Part shown: in pieces, positions 25,475 to 39,785 of the stretch
How the letters are laid out: each line of letters opens with the position of its first letter
Numbering within the stretch: position 1 is the first letter of the stretch
Source: Octopus vulgaris
Lineage: Eukaryota
Direction of reading: 5' to 3'
Assembly: GCA_951406725.2 (NCBI GenBank)
Contig: OX597826.1
Coordinates: 30,566,001-30,630,000 of the forward strand
DNA length: 64,000 bases
Made by a program: the position numbers and the translations under genes
Notes under the pieces: model-generated
What the model saw: only the letters and a program-made list of their open reading frames with translations
Told to the model about the DNA's origin: nothing
Database searches by the model: none

Positions 25475-25475
<1 letters not shown>
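23981..25475. repeat. ~580-bp near-identical direct repeats (23981-24562, 24893-25475) around a 330-bp purine-rich spacer, flanked by (TA)n
   Basis: Directly alignable with few substitutions; both copies end at GGAAATGTCGTCCA. Confidence 0.93.
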
Positions 25476-25536
<61 letters not shown>

Positions 25537-25589
25537 TAGTTTTAATCCATTTTTATAACAACTTTACATAAAAATTAATTCTTTTTTAA

Positions 25590-25790
25590 GTTTTGGTACA
25601 AGGCCAGCAGGATCGGGGGATGGATAAGTCCTTTTCATCGACCCCAGTGTTCAACTGGTAATTATTTTATCGATACCGAAAGGATGAAAGGCAAAGTCGA
25701 CCTCGACAGAATTCGAACTCAGAATCTAAAGATGGGCGAAACACTTCTATGCATTTTGTCTGGCGTGCTAACCATTCTGCCACCTCACCG
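25590..25790 (-). mobile_element. SINE family 2, diverged monomer (similar copies at 26755-26935 -, 52537-52750 -, 55735-55935 -, 14780-15120 +)
   Basis: CGAAAGGATGAAAGGCAAAGTCGACCTCG motif. Confidence 0.75.
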
Positions 25791-27335
25791 TCTATACGCA
25801 AAATTTTAGTATGATAATTATTGACTTTTAACTTATTAATTTAATATATTTGAGCAATTTAAAAATATTCAATTTCAAAATAAACGATTCAGCCAATCCA
25901 CTGGCAGTTTTATTCTGTTTACATTTAGTCGTTTATTAATAAATTGTTATTCATAACGCTTTTGAAATGCTGTTGGTCGATGTTATATGCTGTGACGAAG
26001 TATATTTAGAATTTCACCCAACAGAGGATCAGTTGAAGGATCTGCTGGAAGCCTTCTAATGATTTTCTTTCTTTGTCCTTCTTTTAATGTAGAATTTACA
26101 TCAACAGAAACACCTTAACATATTTCTGACACTTCCGTTGCATCTTCCTCTCCAACTTCGTCATCAATGGTCAACCTCTTTCAAAAATACTTTCTGCTCA
26201 TCACACTTAGGCTCTACCAAGAATTTCATTTGTAATAAGATAAGCTCTAATTTTTCATTAACACTAGTATTGTTTTGTAGCAATTTGCAATAGTTCTCTT
26301 TGAGAATTGCTTCCAGGGCAATTGCTTAACATATGCAATGCCTCAAGAAAGGGAAATCCGTTTAATAATTCTATTTACATCTGATTAGTTTTGAATATCA
26401 TTGAATTCGGTTGAAATTCATGAACAAATTTCTTTAATAAGCCTTTAAGGCTTGTATGATTCTTTGGTTTCATGGCTGAATTAACGACGTAGTGTTTGAA
26501 GGAAAGAAAATTAATTGGGTATTCTTTAATTAGAAACTACATCTGTGTGCCGTAAATTGTTAACTGACAAAATAATTTTCTCTTTTAATTCCAAAATTCC
26601 ACTTAAGTAACCAATTGTCTAAAATAACTCTGGTCACACACACATTTACATTAGAACAGCAATAAACAGATAAAGGTTCTTCTGAAAGCCAGAAAGAATT
26701 CTTACTTTTCCCTGTCAGTACAAGCTATTGTCTCCATCCCTTTATAATTATTTCAAATTTTAGCACAAGGCCAGCAATTTCGGGAGAGGAGATAAGTCGA
26801 TCGCATCGACTCCAGTGTTAAACTGGTATTCGTTTTATCGACTCCGAAAGAATGAAAGGCAAAGTTGAACTCGGCAGAATTTGAACTCAGAATGTAAAGA
26901 CGGACAAAATACTGCTAAACATTTTGTCTGGCGGAACTCCCGTAGAAGGACAACCAACACCTCAGAAAGAAAAACCGCCTATGAATTCACAATTGCGCAA
27001 TAGTGGTGCAGTGGACGAGCCATTCAATGCCAAAGGTAAGACATTTATTGAAAATCATTTGGACAATTTCAAACAAGGAAATGGTGGATTATTGATGAAG
27101 TATCAACGATAGCCTCTCACTTCTTAGAATATGTTTGTACGATAAAACATTTTCGGGTGAATTCTCTCAATGACCTGGTTGAGGACTAGCGTAGATATAA
27201 CAGCTCGAATGAGGATAACCAGAAGAGGAAGTTGGTCGAAGACATCGGGTGTTCTAATCCAACCATGGAAGACTAAATATTAATGACACAGCTTTAATTA
27301 TATTTTATTTTATTGTTCTTATAATCTTTTATTTG

Positions 27336-27618
27336 TTTGTTCCTTCATAAGGGCCAGTTTCCCGGTTTCCTTGGCGTATAGGTTCCCCACCTGGGCGGGA
27401 CGCCGGTCCATTGCAGGTGAGCTGCAAGATGCAGGAAGAAAGAGTAAGAGTAAGTTGTGGTGAAAGAGTCAGCAGAAGTTCGCCATTACCTTTTGCCTGA
27501 GCCGCGTGGAGCTTAGGTGTTTCGCTTATAAACACACACATCACCCGGTCTGAGATTCGAACCCGCGATCCCTCGACCGTGAGTCCGCTGCTCTAACCAC
27601 TAAGCCATGTGCCTCCAC
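27336..27618 (-). mobile_element. SINE family 3 (tRNA-derived) with 13-bp TSD
   Basis: A-box TGGCTTAGTGG, B-box GGTTCGAATCT; TSD AATCTTTTATTTG at 27323-27335 and 27619-27631. Confidence 0.88.
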
Positions 27619-27659
27619 AATCTTTTATTTGGTTTTGTATAATTACTTCATGTGTACTA

Positions 27660-27990
27660 ACTGCTTCATGGCCGAGTTGTCGGCGACTAGACCGGCTCCT
27701 CCACTTGAGTAACCTCTTAGTCTCGTGGAGAGGATGTCTAAGCACCCAACAGGACTAAAAACAAGATCTGTCGAAGGCCGAAGGAGCTCCTTGTGGGCCA
27801 AAGGCCATCCAGCTGGAGAAGGCAATGTCAAACCACCCCAATATGTCTGCCAAGAAAACACTGCGAGAAAGTCAGAACGAAGTAACGCTATGGGTTCAAG
27901 CGGTGGTAGAATTCACGCTTAGTCGGGAACAATTTTGCTGTGATATCATCGACGCTCTGTAAAAGCGTACGATACATGACGATGACGACC
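27660..27990 (+). mobile_element. Non-autonomous RTE/BovB-related short element
   Basis: CTGGAGAAGGCAATGTCAAACCACCCCAATATGTCTGCCAAGAAAAC resembles the RTE/BovB 5' UTR motif; ends in GACGATGACGAC repeats. Confidence 0.55.
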
Positions 27991-28494
27991 AGATCTCTTT
28001 AACATTTTTATATTACATTAAACTTGTCTCATAAATAATGTATAGCATCTTTGCACCTGCCATCGTTTTTAATATAACATTTTGCTTATCCCACAAGTCT
28101 TCGCAATACACGCTTGCATACGTTGTTATTATAGGAACACAAAAAACTAGAAGGAATACCAACACGCGCACAATGCCGTTCACCACTGTTTCGGATTCAT
28201 TCATTTTTTAACGAAAACAAAAAAAAATAAAGGTGAAGTTAATTTCAGCGAGACTTGAAATCAGTCACCCTATCAGATACTCTTATGAATCCGACAAATC
28301 GTTATTCACACACACACACACACACACACATACACACACGCGCGCACACATAACAACTTTTGCTGTTCTGATTCTTATTTCTAGAACCCTTTGTCACCTT
28401 AGTGACGTCTATATTTGTGCCTTTCGGTTATAAATTGCGAATAAGCCACTTTAATATGTGTGTGTGTCTCTGTGTGTATGTCTATCTGTATGTA

Positions 28495-28591
<97 letters not shown>

Positions 28592-28749
28592 ATGTATATA
28601 TATACGCATATATAAATAAATATATATGTGTGTATATATATATATATATTCTTCTTTTCTGCCAAGAATTCACAACTACCTCGAACCCACAAGAGTAAAT
28701 AAGAGAGACAGAAACAGGCAGAAACAAGGAAAATGTCCCTTGTATTTGA

Positions 28750-28908
28750 ATACTATGCAAATATTCTTTTAAAAAACTTTTCATTTAATTTTTCCAAAAT
28801 TTAATTGTTTTCCATACTTAGAGTTGAAAAAGTCTCAATAGCTGGAACCGGTTTTAAAATGTTTTTTATGATAAAATTATTTAAACATTTTCTACCTTGA
28901 CGTTTTCC
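28750..28908 (+). mobile_element. Short TA-associated element homologous to 12899-13030 (-)
   Basis: Shared ATGCAAATATTCTTTT, TTTAATTGTTTTCCATACTTA and AACCGGT motifs. Confidence 0.7.
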
Positions 28909-29648
28909 TTTTATTATATATATATATATATATATGTATATTTCTTTGCCTTTCATTCTCAAAAATCAATTTAAGAACGTAATGTATTTATAACCACATT
29001 GAAAAGTTGCCCAAATCATTGGAAACTGAAATAAAATAGTTACTTTGTTCCAAAGGAAACCCGTCCAGATTGATACTTCGCTGTGTTTCCATTTTGCTTT
29101 CCTCTAGGCATGCTTAAAGAAAAACGCTTATGAAATATTTTGCCCCACCACCACCACTTCCTATCTTTCAATAACTAACATTTCAATGCCTGTAAGATTC
29201 TTTTTTATCTACGGAAGGCATGCTTTCAGAAAAACGCATGTTTTGGCTTCCCTTCCCTTCTATCAGTTCTTGTTTGTCAATAATTTTTGTAATTGATGGT
29301 CACTAACGCGAAAGGCTAAATGGTTGAATGGCTTTGACTCTTTCACCCGTAAAAATTCTGACCAAAACATATCAATAATCCCATAATTCTTAATTAGTCA
29401 GCTCAAATGTTGCCGTGACTTTGGAATGTCTATTTCGCTCTGTTGTAAAATTTTGAAATTATTATCATTAACCATCCTCTCTGTATTGAACAAAAAATTC
29501 TGAAATCAGAAATATAATATAAGCTAATTAATCTTTCGTTGATTTACTAAAATTATCTTTCCGTTTTGTTGAAACTAATTTACAATTCACGGTCGCAGTA
29601 AGATGAGGTATACTGTGATAATGTGAAATTAAAATACTTTTATTCATT

Positions 29649-30040
29649 TATTCTTTTACTTGTTTCAGTCATTTGACTGCGGCCATGCTGGAGCACCGCC
29701 TTTAGTCGAGGAAATCGATTCCAGGACTTATTCTTTGTAAGCCTAGTACTTATTCTATCGGTTCTCTTTTGTTAAGTTACGGGGACGTAAACACACCAGC
29801 ATCGGTTGTCAAGCGATGTTGTGGGGGACAAACACGAACACAAACGCACACATATATGTATATACATATATATATACACGACGGGCTTCTTTCAGTTTCC
29901 ATCTACCAAATCTACTCACAAGGCTTTGGTCGGCCCGAGGCTATAGTAGAAGACACTTACCCAGGTGCCACGCAGTAGGACTGAACCCGGAACCATGTGG
30001 TTGGTAAGCAAGCTACTTACCACACAGCCACTCCTGCGCC
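29649..30040 (-). mobile_element. SINE family 1, full length
   Basis: Reverse complement starts GGCGCAGGAGTGGCTGTGTGGTAAG; complete tail. Confidence 0.9.
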
Positions 30041-31023
30041 TATAAAATGTTCATTTTTTTCTTTGTTTTTTTACAACTGAAAGTTTTTTTGTACAAAATG
30101 AAACTTGAAAGTCACAAAAAATATGAGAGCAGAAATCAGTCAAATCTCCAACAAACTCCTTTTTACAACTTTGTTCCAGGATTCCTAATTTAACTGCGGG
30201 AAATTTCTCTGAAAGAAATCATTGCAAAATGGTGAGTAGATTGATTACATATTTCTTCCATTATTTTACGCAGATTTTTTACGCCCAACAAATTCCTGTA
30301 AAATTTGGTTGTTATTTCTAGCATGTGGATAGCCTGCTTGAAGGCCGTAGAAAAGGGAAGGAAGAGGGTTGGGGTAAATTGAAATTTTACAAATAATTTT
30401 TTTTTCTTTTTCAGAATAATAATCTTCGTATTTTCCGACGTATTTCCCCCAAAAAGAATTATTGAAAAATAGTGAAAAATGAAGAAATATACGGGGGTGA
30501 GAATTAAAACTTTGAAGTTGCGATTTTCGACAAATTTTTTCAGAATCGGAATCTCCATAGCCGAAAACGTGGATTTCCGTAAAAATAATTTTTTTAAAGT
30601 GGGTAGGGGTTGGGTTACGCCTCCACAATGTGCACCAAGTATTTCTTGCATGACCGAGCTCAGAAGTCACTGCCTGCCACTGATATATATATATATATAT
30701 ATATAGGCGTGTAAGTGTGCGTACGTGTGTGTGTGTGTGCGCGCGCGTGCCTGTATAGCAATTTTATTGAAACTGAAACCGAGAGTTTGTCTCGCCACTC
30801 GCGGTTCAAGATCCAGCGATCGTCAGACGTCAGGCGATAACGATCATCGTCTCTTCGCCTGAAGATTATAGAGTCATAAATCTCGAGTCGTTTCTGATCA
30901 ACAAAAAAAAAGACATAGCCTCTAAAATATATATTGAGCACTCGTCTCGTTTTCATCTGACATAAACCAACATATGTATACACAGACACAGGCACAGACA
31001 CACAGACACACACACATACACAC

Positions 31024-31066
<43 letters not shown>

Positions 31067-31599
31067 TATATTTGTGCAAGCATACACGCATAGATATATT
31101 CAATCAAACATTAAAATATTTCGGACAGCTGTTCTTTCAGAACCTAGAGCTATCATACTATACACTTTTATCATAAATTCACAATTCCACTAATAAATAT
31201 TAGTACAGTTGGTTAAGCAATAATGTTAAATATGTAAAGAACTCGGATAAAGCAAAACCTTTTAATACGTGATCACCATAACTTATCGATTACTGATACA
31301 ATAAAAACGGGCAAGATTTTCTTAAAGTTGAGCGCGTGATTCTATATAATCACAAATGTCGCATATTGGCGAAGAAACCTAGTTTTATAGCCAGTTCCAT
31401 TATTGGCGAATTCTGTGTTGTAAATGATAAATTTCGCAGATATTTGTTCGTTTGTTTGTTTGTGTGTATGAGAGTGTGTGTGTGTGTGTGTGTGTGTGCG
31501 AGCGCGCGTGCATCTCCATAGAGGTGCGAGTATATATTTATATAGACATGTGTTTATGGATGTGTGCGCGAGTGTTTGTTTGTGCATATATGTATGCAT

Positions 31600-31924
<325 letters not shown>

Positions 31925-32402
31925 CATAAAAAAAGATTGAGTTCTATTCCATCCTTTACTTTGCGGGATCCCAAAGGTCGATTTCTAATAAAGATTCTTC
32001 ATATTACATTTTGGTAGCTTATTGTTGTGAGAATTTTGCGAATATGAAAATGCTACAAGTATAAGGTGTGCTAGGAGAATTTATAGAACAAATATCCTAT
32101 AGAAACTCAACGAACCGTAAAAGATGGAGAAGAGAAGATGTTAGAAGTTTGAAAAGAATTTAATCCATGCATACCATCGTTTCCTAGAAATCAATTTAAT
32201 TATAATTAAATTAATTATATATTACTTTTCTCCTCAGAGCGAAAAAAAGAATACATAAAAAATAATAATAATAATAATAATGTTATTTGTTACAGAAGAC
32301 TTGATGGAGTGAGTGTCACATAACATATTCGGATATACATATCTTTATGAAAGATAGCAGCATGCTAAGATAGTGTTGTTGCTCCTATAAAGGTAAAAGG
32401 TC

Positions 32403-32630
32403 GGCGAACTGGCAGAAACGTTAGCACGCCGGGCGATATGCGTAGCCGTATTTCGTCTGCCGTTACGTTCTGAGTTCAAATTCCGCCGAGGTCGACTTTA
32501 CCTTTCATCCTTTCGGGGTCGATAAATTAAATGCCAGTTACGCACTGGGGTCGATGTAATCGACTTAATCCGTTTGTCTGTCCTTTTTTATCCCCTCTAT
32601 ATTTATCCCCTTGTGGGTAATAAAGAAACA
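32403..32630 (+). mobile_element. SINE family 2 monomer with 17-bp TSD
   Basis: TATAAAGGTAAAAGGTC at 32386-32402 and 32631-32647. Confidence 0.9.
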
Positions 32631-34509
32631 TATAAAGGTAAAAGGTCACCGAAACTTCTTGAAATCACACGAAGTAGCTTCTTGTAAATATTCTAGATTT
32701 TGTTTATGCGTTGTATTTTAGGCCCACTCCTCTTGATTTCTTTTGTTTGTAATTCTCATAGTAGACATAACCCCAATCACTTCTTCAGAGTTTGTCCACA
32801 CTTAGTGTCTAAATATTTAAATATCTCGCTTAGATGAACTAAAGTTGTACTGCTTAGCTTCATATGCTCCTCGGTGTGTGCATGTGTCTGTGTCCTCAGT
32901 ATGTGTGTGTGACGTGTGAGCATACAAAAGCATGTATATACATACACGCACACACACACATGCACACACACATACACACACGCACAAGTTTAGGTGTATC
33001 TATATACTTTGTGTGTTTATATGTATCAGGGTGTGTACGTAGTGTATATATATGCATATGTGCTTATGTGTTCATGTTTGTATGCACGTACGGCATGTAC
33101 GTAAGTATAAGCTAACTACACAGACACCCAGCCACGCAACCGACCCAACCCCAATTAGACACATAAATACTTCATGAAAATTTATCATAAAAGATACCAA
33201 TCACACATAGACATGATTCTTCTGTAAAATTTTAGCCAGAAATTGACATTTATCAATGTAAACGCCGAGTTTAAATTGAATTTGTCGACAGCAAGTTGTC
33301 TTTTAACGAACGTCATTTTAAATTGATGACAACACACTAGAAGTTATTTGCGCTTGTCTACCATTTAGTATTTACAGATGGCGCTATTATTAATGTTGGT
33401 GGCGATTGGTGATTCATTTTTTTTATTGCAGTATCGGTGTTTTTTCTTGGTGTGAGTATTTTAGTTCAGTTTTCTGTCTGTAATTCTTAAGTATGTATAT
33501 TTTTATTTAACGAGGTGCGATAAAAAAACTTCGACGTTTTGCAAGTTCGCTTAGGTTTCAACAGTAAACGCTTGGTGTGCTGCGATCCAAACCATATTAA
33601 CAACTAAAAGAAAGCAGACGGTAAAAGAGTGGCTACATGAATGCAATATTGCCAATTGTCTAACATTACTAATTAATATGCATGGGAAACGTGGGAGGTT
33701 TTTCTGCCGCACTATATTCTAAAGAGTCTTTTATATTCAAACTGCAATTTGATGTTCTGGGTAAGAAAGAAGAAATACAATCAAAGTAGTTAGCGCGAGG
33801 TCCGGGAGAAACCCGAGGAGTTGGCATTTAGAAAGGTTGGCGGGTGGAAGATAGGAGAGGGTCTTGAGCGGGCTTGAAGAAAATTGATGCGCAACTAGCC
33901 TGATTTGGAGCATAAATTGTTGCAGAATTGGTAGAAGAGGCAGGGATTGAAGCACCGCGTCTGTGTGTCGGATATTTTAGTGTTTTGGTGTGTAAGTCTT
34001 TGCCAATCAATTTGACGGCTTCCTTTTAGTTGTGATTTACAAAGTGTGCGCGCATGCGTAACACTCGAAGCAACATCAGCATTTTTTTCCGATCTGGGAG
34101 TGGTACTTTATTGTAGGTCTGACCTGAACTTTGTAAAGGGGTCGACAATTGATCACCATTTAAAAACCACCGTACAGACTGATATAAATATAATCAAACC
34201 AACACCGCCAGTGCCACCATCGCAGAAATTTGTCTAGTCAGTATCTCACACAATCGACTGTCGAATATAACAGCTTAAAAGCACTTTTAAATCACATATA
34301 TCAGTTGTTGTTGTTGTTGTTGTTGTCATCGTCGTCGTTTGCACAGACGTAATTAAGCAAACTTATGAGCGGAAGCTCACTCGCTGGAATCCCTTCGTTC
34401 ATATTCCACCTGATTTCTTCTGTAACAATGTTAGCTGTTCTATCCACATAGAATATAGCATCTTCCGTTTCTCTTATAACAAAACAGTATTGTCCTGGTT
34501 TTCCATGTA

Positions 34510-34645
34510 GGCGCAGGAGTGGCTGTGTGATAAGTAGCTTGCTTACCAGCCACATGGTTCTGGGTTCAGTCCCACTGCGTGGCACCTCGGGCCGACCAAA
34601 GCCTTGTGAGTGGATTTGGTAGACGGAAACTGAAAGAAGCTCGTC

Positions 34646-34677
<32 letters not shown>

Positions 34678-34828
34678 TGGTGTGTTCACGGTTCGGCAAA
34701 AGAGATCGATAGAATAAGTACTAGGCTTACAAAGAATAAGTCCTGGAGGGTCGATTTTTTCGACTAAAGGCGGTGCTACAGCATGGCCGCAGTCAAATGG
34801 CTGAAACAGATAAAAGAATAAAAGAATA
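34510..34828 (+). mobile_element. SINE family 1 with internal deletions
   Basis: Head and tail match the consensus. Confidence 0.88.
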
Positions 34829-36349
34829 GTTTCATATCTGTTCATATTCTTTCGTTGTTATATAATATTCAGAGATGGTACGTTGTTTTTTGTTGTTTTC
34901 TTTTTCCTTTGTATTCATCTTCCGTACACTTCCATCAGTCGTCTCTGTTTTTGGATTCCATCAATGAATCACGTGTGTTATGAAAAGAGATATTCTCCGA
35001 TGACGGAAAGCACAGTGACCAATTTCATCACGTTTGAATCTGCCGTGGCGTATTTTTCTTTTACTTGTTTCAGTGATTAGACAGTGCGACCATGCTGGGG
35101 CACTGCCTTGAGAAATTTTTAGTCAAATGAATCGACCTCAGTACTTTTTTAAGCTTGGTACTTATTTTATCGGCCTCATTTATCGAACCTCTAGGTTATG
35201 GACGTAAACACACCAATACCGGTTTCAAGCGGTGATGGGGGCTCAAACAACGACACATGCACACATACACACACACTCGGTCTGTCTAGGGTCACATTCC
35301 CCAACATAAGCGTTTTTTTTTTGTTTTGTTTTTTTTTCTCTTTAAGACGGTAGGGTTGGATTTGTGAAGGCACGTGATCTTTTAACTAAACAAAGGATAG
35401 TGGGTTCAGGATCCCTAAGGTCGTGAGTTCGATAGTTAGACGAAGCGGAACGTTGTACTCCTGAGCAGAAGACTTCATTTCACGTTGCGCGTGTGGAGTC
35501 GGAGATAAATGCTAGTGGCAGCTACGGACTAGTAGGAGCCGAATGTTTTGTAGACTCAGTTCCCAAAACGTCTTGAAAAAACCCGGATAATCTCCGACCT
35601 AATGAAAGACCTTTTTTATTCATTACTCCTTGAGCTTTGATTTATGGAAAATTTGGTTGCTTTTTCCAGCAGAGTGAGTAACTACATAGAGGTTTCTAGA
35701 GTAATTTGACTGAGAAACTTGTTCTAATACGACGCAGAGGAAGGAAAATCAAGCACACAGAAAGCTCATGTAAAAGCTGATCTACAGACAAGAGAATTGA
35801 TTGTCTGCGAATAACAACATAAAAATTGCAAGTATGACACACCTTAAAACAAGCAAGTAACAAACAAAACAAATCTAAATTTATGTTTACTTCTTTTTCT
35901 AAGTGTTGATCACGTAATCTATCAACTGTTCTTTCCTTTACGTGACGCAAGTATCGTCTGATTTCCTCCATTTTATTTTCACAACCGCTCGTTTTCCGCT
36001 CTCTCCAACTTCTCTGCACATTCCTTTCTTTCACTTTCGTCTCATCCTTCCTCCTACCCTTTTTCGGTCTCTGATCACACAAATACTCACATATGCACAC
36101 ATGACACATAAGTAGCTCATTGTATAACGTGATATATGCATCTGTATGTGCGTAGGTGTATATGTGTAAAGGGAGTGTGTGTGCGCGTTTGTCTTTGTAT
36201 GTATGCGTATTTGACTATGCGTGTGTTGTATATTATGTAATATTCCACCAACAGGGAGTAGAAGAGAAGAGATAGGGATTAAAAATACGAATAAAAGACA
36301 GCGTATATACACATACATGCATATATATAGACACACACACATATATATG

Positions 36350-36398
<49 letters not shown>

Positions 36399-36554
36399 AT
36401 GCGTGTGTGTGTATGTATATATATAAATACATACATACTTGTGTGTGTGTGTGTGTGTGCGTGCGTGTGTGTATAGAAGAATAAAAGAGAAAGGAACCGG
36501 AAGATCGTCAAATCTTATTTGCATAACAATTTCTATTACGATTGTTCCTATATA

Positions 36555-36713
36555 GGCGCAGGAATGGCTGTGTGGTAAGTAGCTTGCTTACCAACCACAT
36601 GGTTCCGGGTTCAGTCCCGCTGTGTGGCACATTGGGCAAGTGTCTTCTACTATAGCTTCGTGCCGATCAAAGCCTTGTAAATTTGGTTGACGGAAACTGA
36701 AAGAAGACAGTCG

Positions 36714-36750
<37 letters not shown>

Positions 36751-36752
36751 AT

Positions 36753-36796
<44 letters not shown>

Positions 36797-36980
36797 ATGT
36801 ATGTATGCGTGTGTGTGAATGTGTCTGTGTTTATGTCCCCATAACTTAACGGTTCGGCAAAAGTGACCGATAAAATAAGTACTACTCTTACAAAGAATAA
36901 GTCCTGGGTCGATTTGCTTGACTAAAGGTAGTGCCCCCAGCATGGCCGCAGTAAAATAACTGAAACAAATAAAAGAAAAA
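36555..36980 (+). mobile_element. SINE family 1, full length
   Basis: Head, internal (TA)n(TG)n, tail. Confidence 0.88.
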
Positions 36981-37310
36981 ATATTATTGCTTTCAATTTT
37001 ATGCTGGATGCTTTTCTTACGTTGGAGTGAAATGTTCAGTTAATGAACCATATTTCTCATTAAATTATTTTTTTATTTACAACTTATTCTTTTGTTCACC
37101 ATTTTATCTGTTTGGGGTTGTTATGCTCTTTGTTAATATTATTGTTGTTGTTATTTAAAATTGTTGTTGTTCTTTTCTTGTGGATATTGGGGTACATTCT
37201 CTCGGCTTTCTCGCTTTTGGCAATTTGTATACACGCCAAATGAATTCAATCCCAGCATCATAATAGCCATCATCGTCATTATTCTCAGGTGGTGCTATTA
37301 AGTTAGTCAT

Positions 37311-37630
37311 TTTTTTTTTATTTATGCGCCCATTTCAAGCCTAGCCAGGCTCATGGGCCCGGTTTCCCGGTTTCTGTGGCGTATGTGTTCCCTCCAGCTG
37401 GACGAGACGCCAGTCCATCGCAGCGTTACCCAAGAAACAGGAAGAAAGAGTTTAGAGAAAGTTGGGGCGAAAGAGTACAACAGGGGTCGCCACCACCCCC
37501 TGCCGGATCATCGTGGAGCTTTTAGATGTTTTCGCTCAATAAACACACACAACGCCCGGTCTGGGAATCGAAACAACGATCCTCCGACCGCGAGTCCGCT
37601 ACCCTAACCACAGGGCCATTACACCTCCAC
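37311..37630 (-). mobile_element. SINE family 3 variant with 11-bp TSD
   Basis: TSD AAGTTAGTCAT at 37300-37310 and 37631-37641; homologous to 27336-27618. Confidence 0.85.
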
Positions 37631-37896
37631 AAGTTAGTCATAGGCTAGACCAATTCTGACCGAACCTTTCTTAGTAGCTAAGTTTGAAGACATACACTAC
37701 ACTTTTCTTTTTGGCCAAGCCCTCATCGACTTTTGACCAAGCCCTCACGGACTTTTTACGTTCTAAGTTCAAATTATGGCCTTTCATCTTCTCGGGATTG
37801 ATTAAATAAGTACCAGTCATGTACTGGGGTCGATGTAATCGGATATCCTCCTTCCCCGAAATTGCTGGCCTTGTGTCAAAATTTAAAATCGTTATT

Positions 37897-38200
37897 ATCC
37901 TCTCCCAGCGGCTCATCTGACTCAACCTGTCAATCCTCTTTACGGAGTGGCCCTGGATTACCTCGAGTTCCGTCACCAGTTGGGATCAGTTATCCAGATG
38001 ACTGACAACGAAAATTCTCCACAAGAGTAGCATGGGATCGCTTTGCCTGGTTCCGAATGATCTCATAATCCATCCAATTACTCGTCGGCACAGTTTTACC
38101 ATTTTGATAACATGCACATGGAATGTTGCATCATTACCCATGTGGGTTCCTAAGTCTCGCACCGACTCTGACTCTGTGAACCCATGTTCCTCCTGTGTAT
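37897..38200 (-). pseudogene. CR1/L2-group LINE RT C-terminal fragment
   Basis: VRDLGTHMGNDATFHVHVIKMVKLCRRVIGWIMRSFGTR...LWRIFVVSHLD, then ELEVIQ..VKRI...MSRWER. Confidence 0.75.
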
Positions 38201-38269
38201 TACAGTGGTTGTCTGTCTGTGAGATGATAATTACATGGAGAAATGTAATTAATGACAGCGATAGAAAGA

Positions 38270-38309
38270 TATATAGACAGGCAGATAGACAGACAGACAA
38301 ACAGACAGT

Positions 38310-38389
<80 letters not shown>

Positions 38390-38560
38390 CAGATAAGTTT
38401 CTTTATTGGCCACACAGGGCTGCACACAGATGGGACAAATTACAAGGTAGAGCTTTTCTTTTGGGGGATGAAAAAAAACAAAAAACAAAAGAAACAAAAA
38501 AAGTGGCGTAGGTTTTCGATCAAAAGGGATCGTAAAAGGGAAAAAAGAAAAAAAAGAGAC

Positions 38561-38643
<83 letters not shown>

Positions 38644-38645
38644 GT
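38270..38645. repeat. Two (AGAT)n arrays
   Basis: Read directly from sequence. Confidence 0.95.
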
Positions 38646-39740
38646 GAAAGAGAGATGATAGAAATGGATGGTGCATATTTTTTAAGCACTACTCAGACGT
38701 AACTTTTTGAAAATCTGTAATATATTACAGAATAAACAAGATAAATCGAACATCAGTTTTAATTATTTTGTTCAGAATGATGTCAATAAATATTTCACCA
38801 TTTAATTAATTTTAGTCTTATCATTGACGTATGCCACACATATATTTTATTTATTTATTTACATATTTATTTACGAATTGATTATTGAAATTTAAGGAAA
38901 ATGGAATAATGGGATTATAATTCTTACGCTGATGTTCCACATATCTTATTGCTGGTTTCTCAGAATCGGGAGAGTGTCCGAGGAATGCATTGTACTACGT
39001 AGTGATAGCATTTTATATTCACCTTTCAAATATCATCGCGGTCAAGCCGCTTCATATATTTGAAAACGAAGAAGATATAGACTGTATGGTACTTTATAGA
39101 TATCATATCGATGACGAGATTACACATAATCGAATATAAGTTTTTACGTAGATATTAGAAGTGTTAAATGTCAAATTATTATTTACCAATGCCACGAATC
39201 TGGCTCTGTCATGTGTTCACAGCTTTGTGAATGTTAAAAGCAAGCACCGAATATCTGGCCGTTGTATTAGATACGGAAAAACTTGTTGAGAAATGAATAT
39301 CAACTATGATGAGACGTGCAAAGACTGGAATGCTTCAAACTTTTTTTTTTGTATTTGAATATTACGTGCCTGGATTTAAAAGAAAATGAAATAAAATTTG
39401 TGACTAATGCAAAAACGAAAACATATACAAAAGAAAAAACGTAGAAAATATATTTTGTGAAATGTATTTCGTAAAAGAGAATTTTTTAAATCATGTTAAG
39501 TGATCTATATATTCAGCATGTTTCGTTACCAGAAGACACACAACAGCAACAACTGAGCATACACCTGTGAATCAAAGTTAAGGTAGTGAGCAAAGTCGCT
39601 TGCCCAGAAGTCAGGGCACCCGTGATTGTATGGGGGTTTTCTGAGCATCCCTCGAACGTCTTCTCCCTACTAAAGAGACACATTATTTAAAATGTTTTGT
39701 TTTTTCCGTCAAACTTCTTTCCACGCAAAACCCTCACAAC

Positions 39741-39785
<45 letters not shown>

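Noticed and set aside
26946-27040. Possible exon ending at AAAG/GTAAGA (EGQPTPQKEKPPMNSQLRNSGAVDEPFNAK)
   Set aside because: The acceptor side abuts a SINE with no polypyrimidine tract, and I recognise no homology; cannot be supported without RNA data.
27540-27618. tRNA gene-like sequence (also 37560-37630 and 46895-46967)
   Set aside because: A and B boxes are present, but there is no closing acceptor stem and the sequence continues into a SINE body bounded by TSDs.
27675-27755. Possible HDV-like ribozyme at the 5' end of the RTE-related element (CTCCAC/GTGGAG pairing, CTAA)
   Set aside because: P2/P3/L3 could not be fitted to the HDV double-pseudoknot geometry by eye.
30190-30682. 153-aa and 134-aa minus ORFs; CAGTGGCAGGCAG terminus resembling a DNA transposon end
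   Set aside because: The ORFs have no domain signal and no matching opposite TIR was found.
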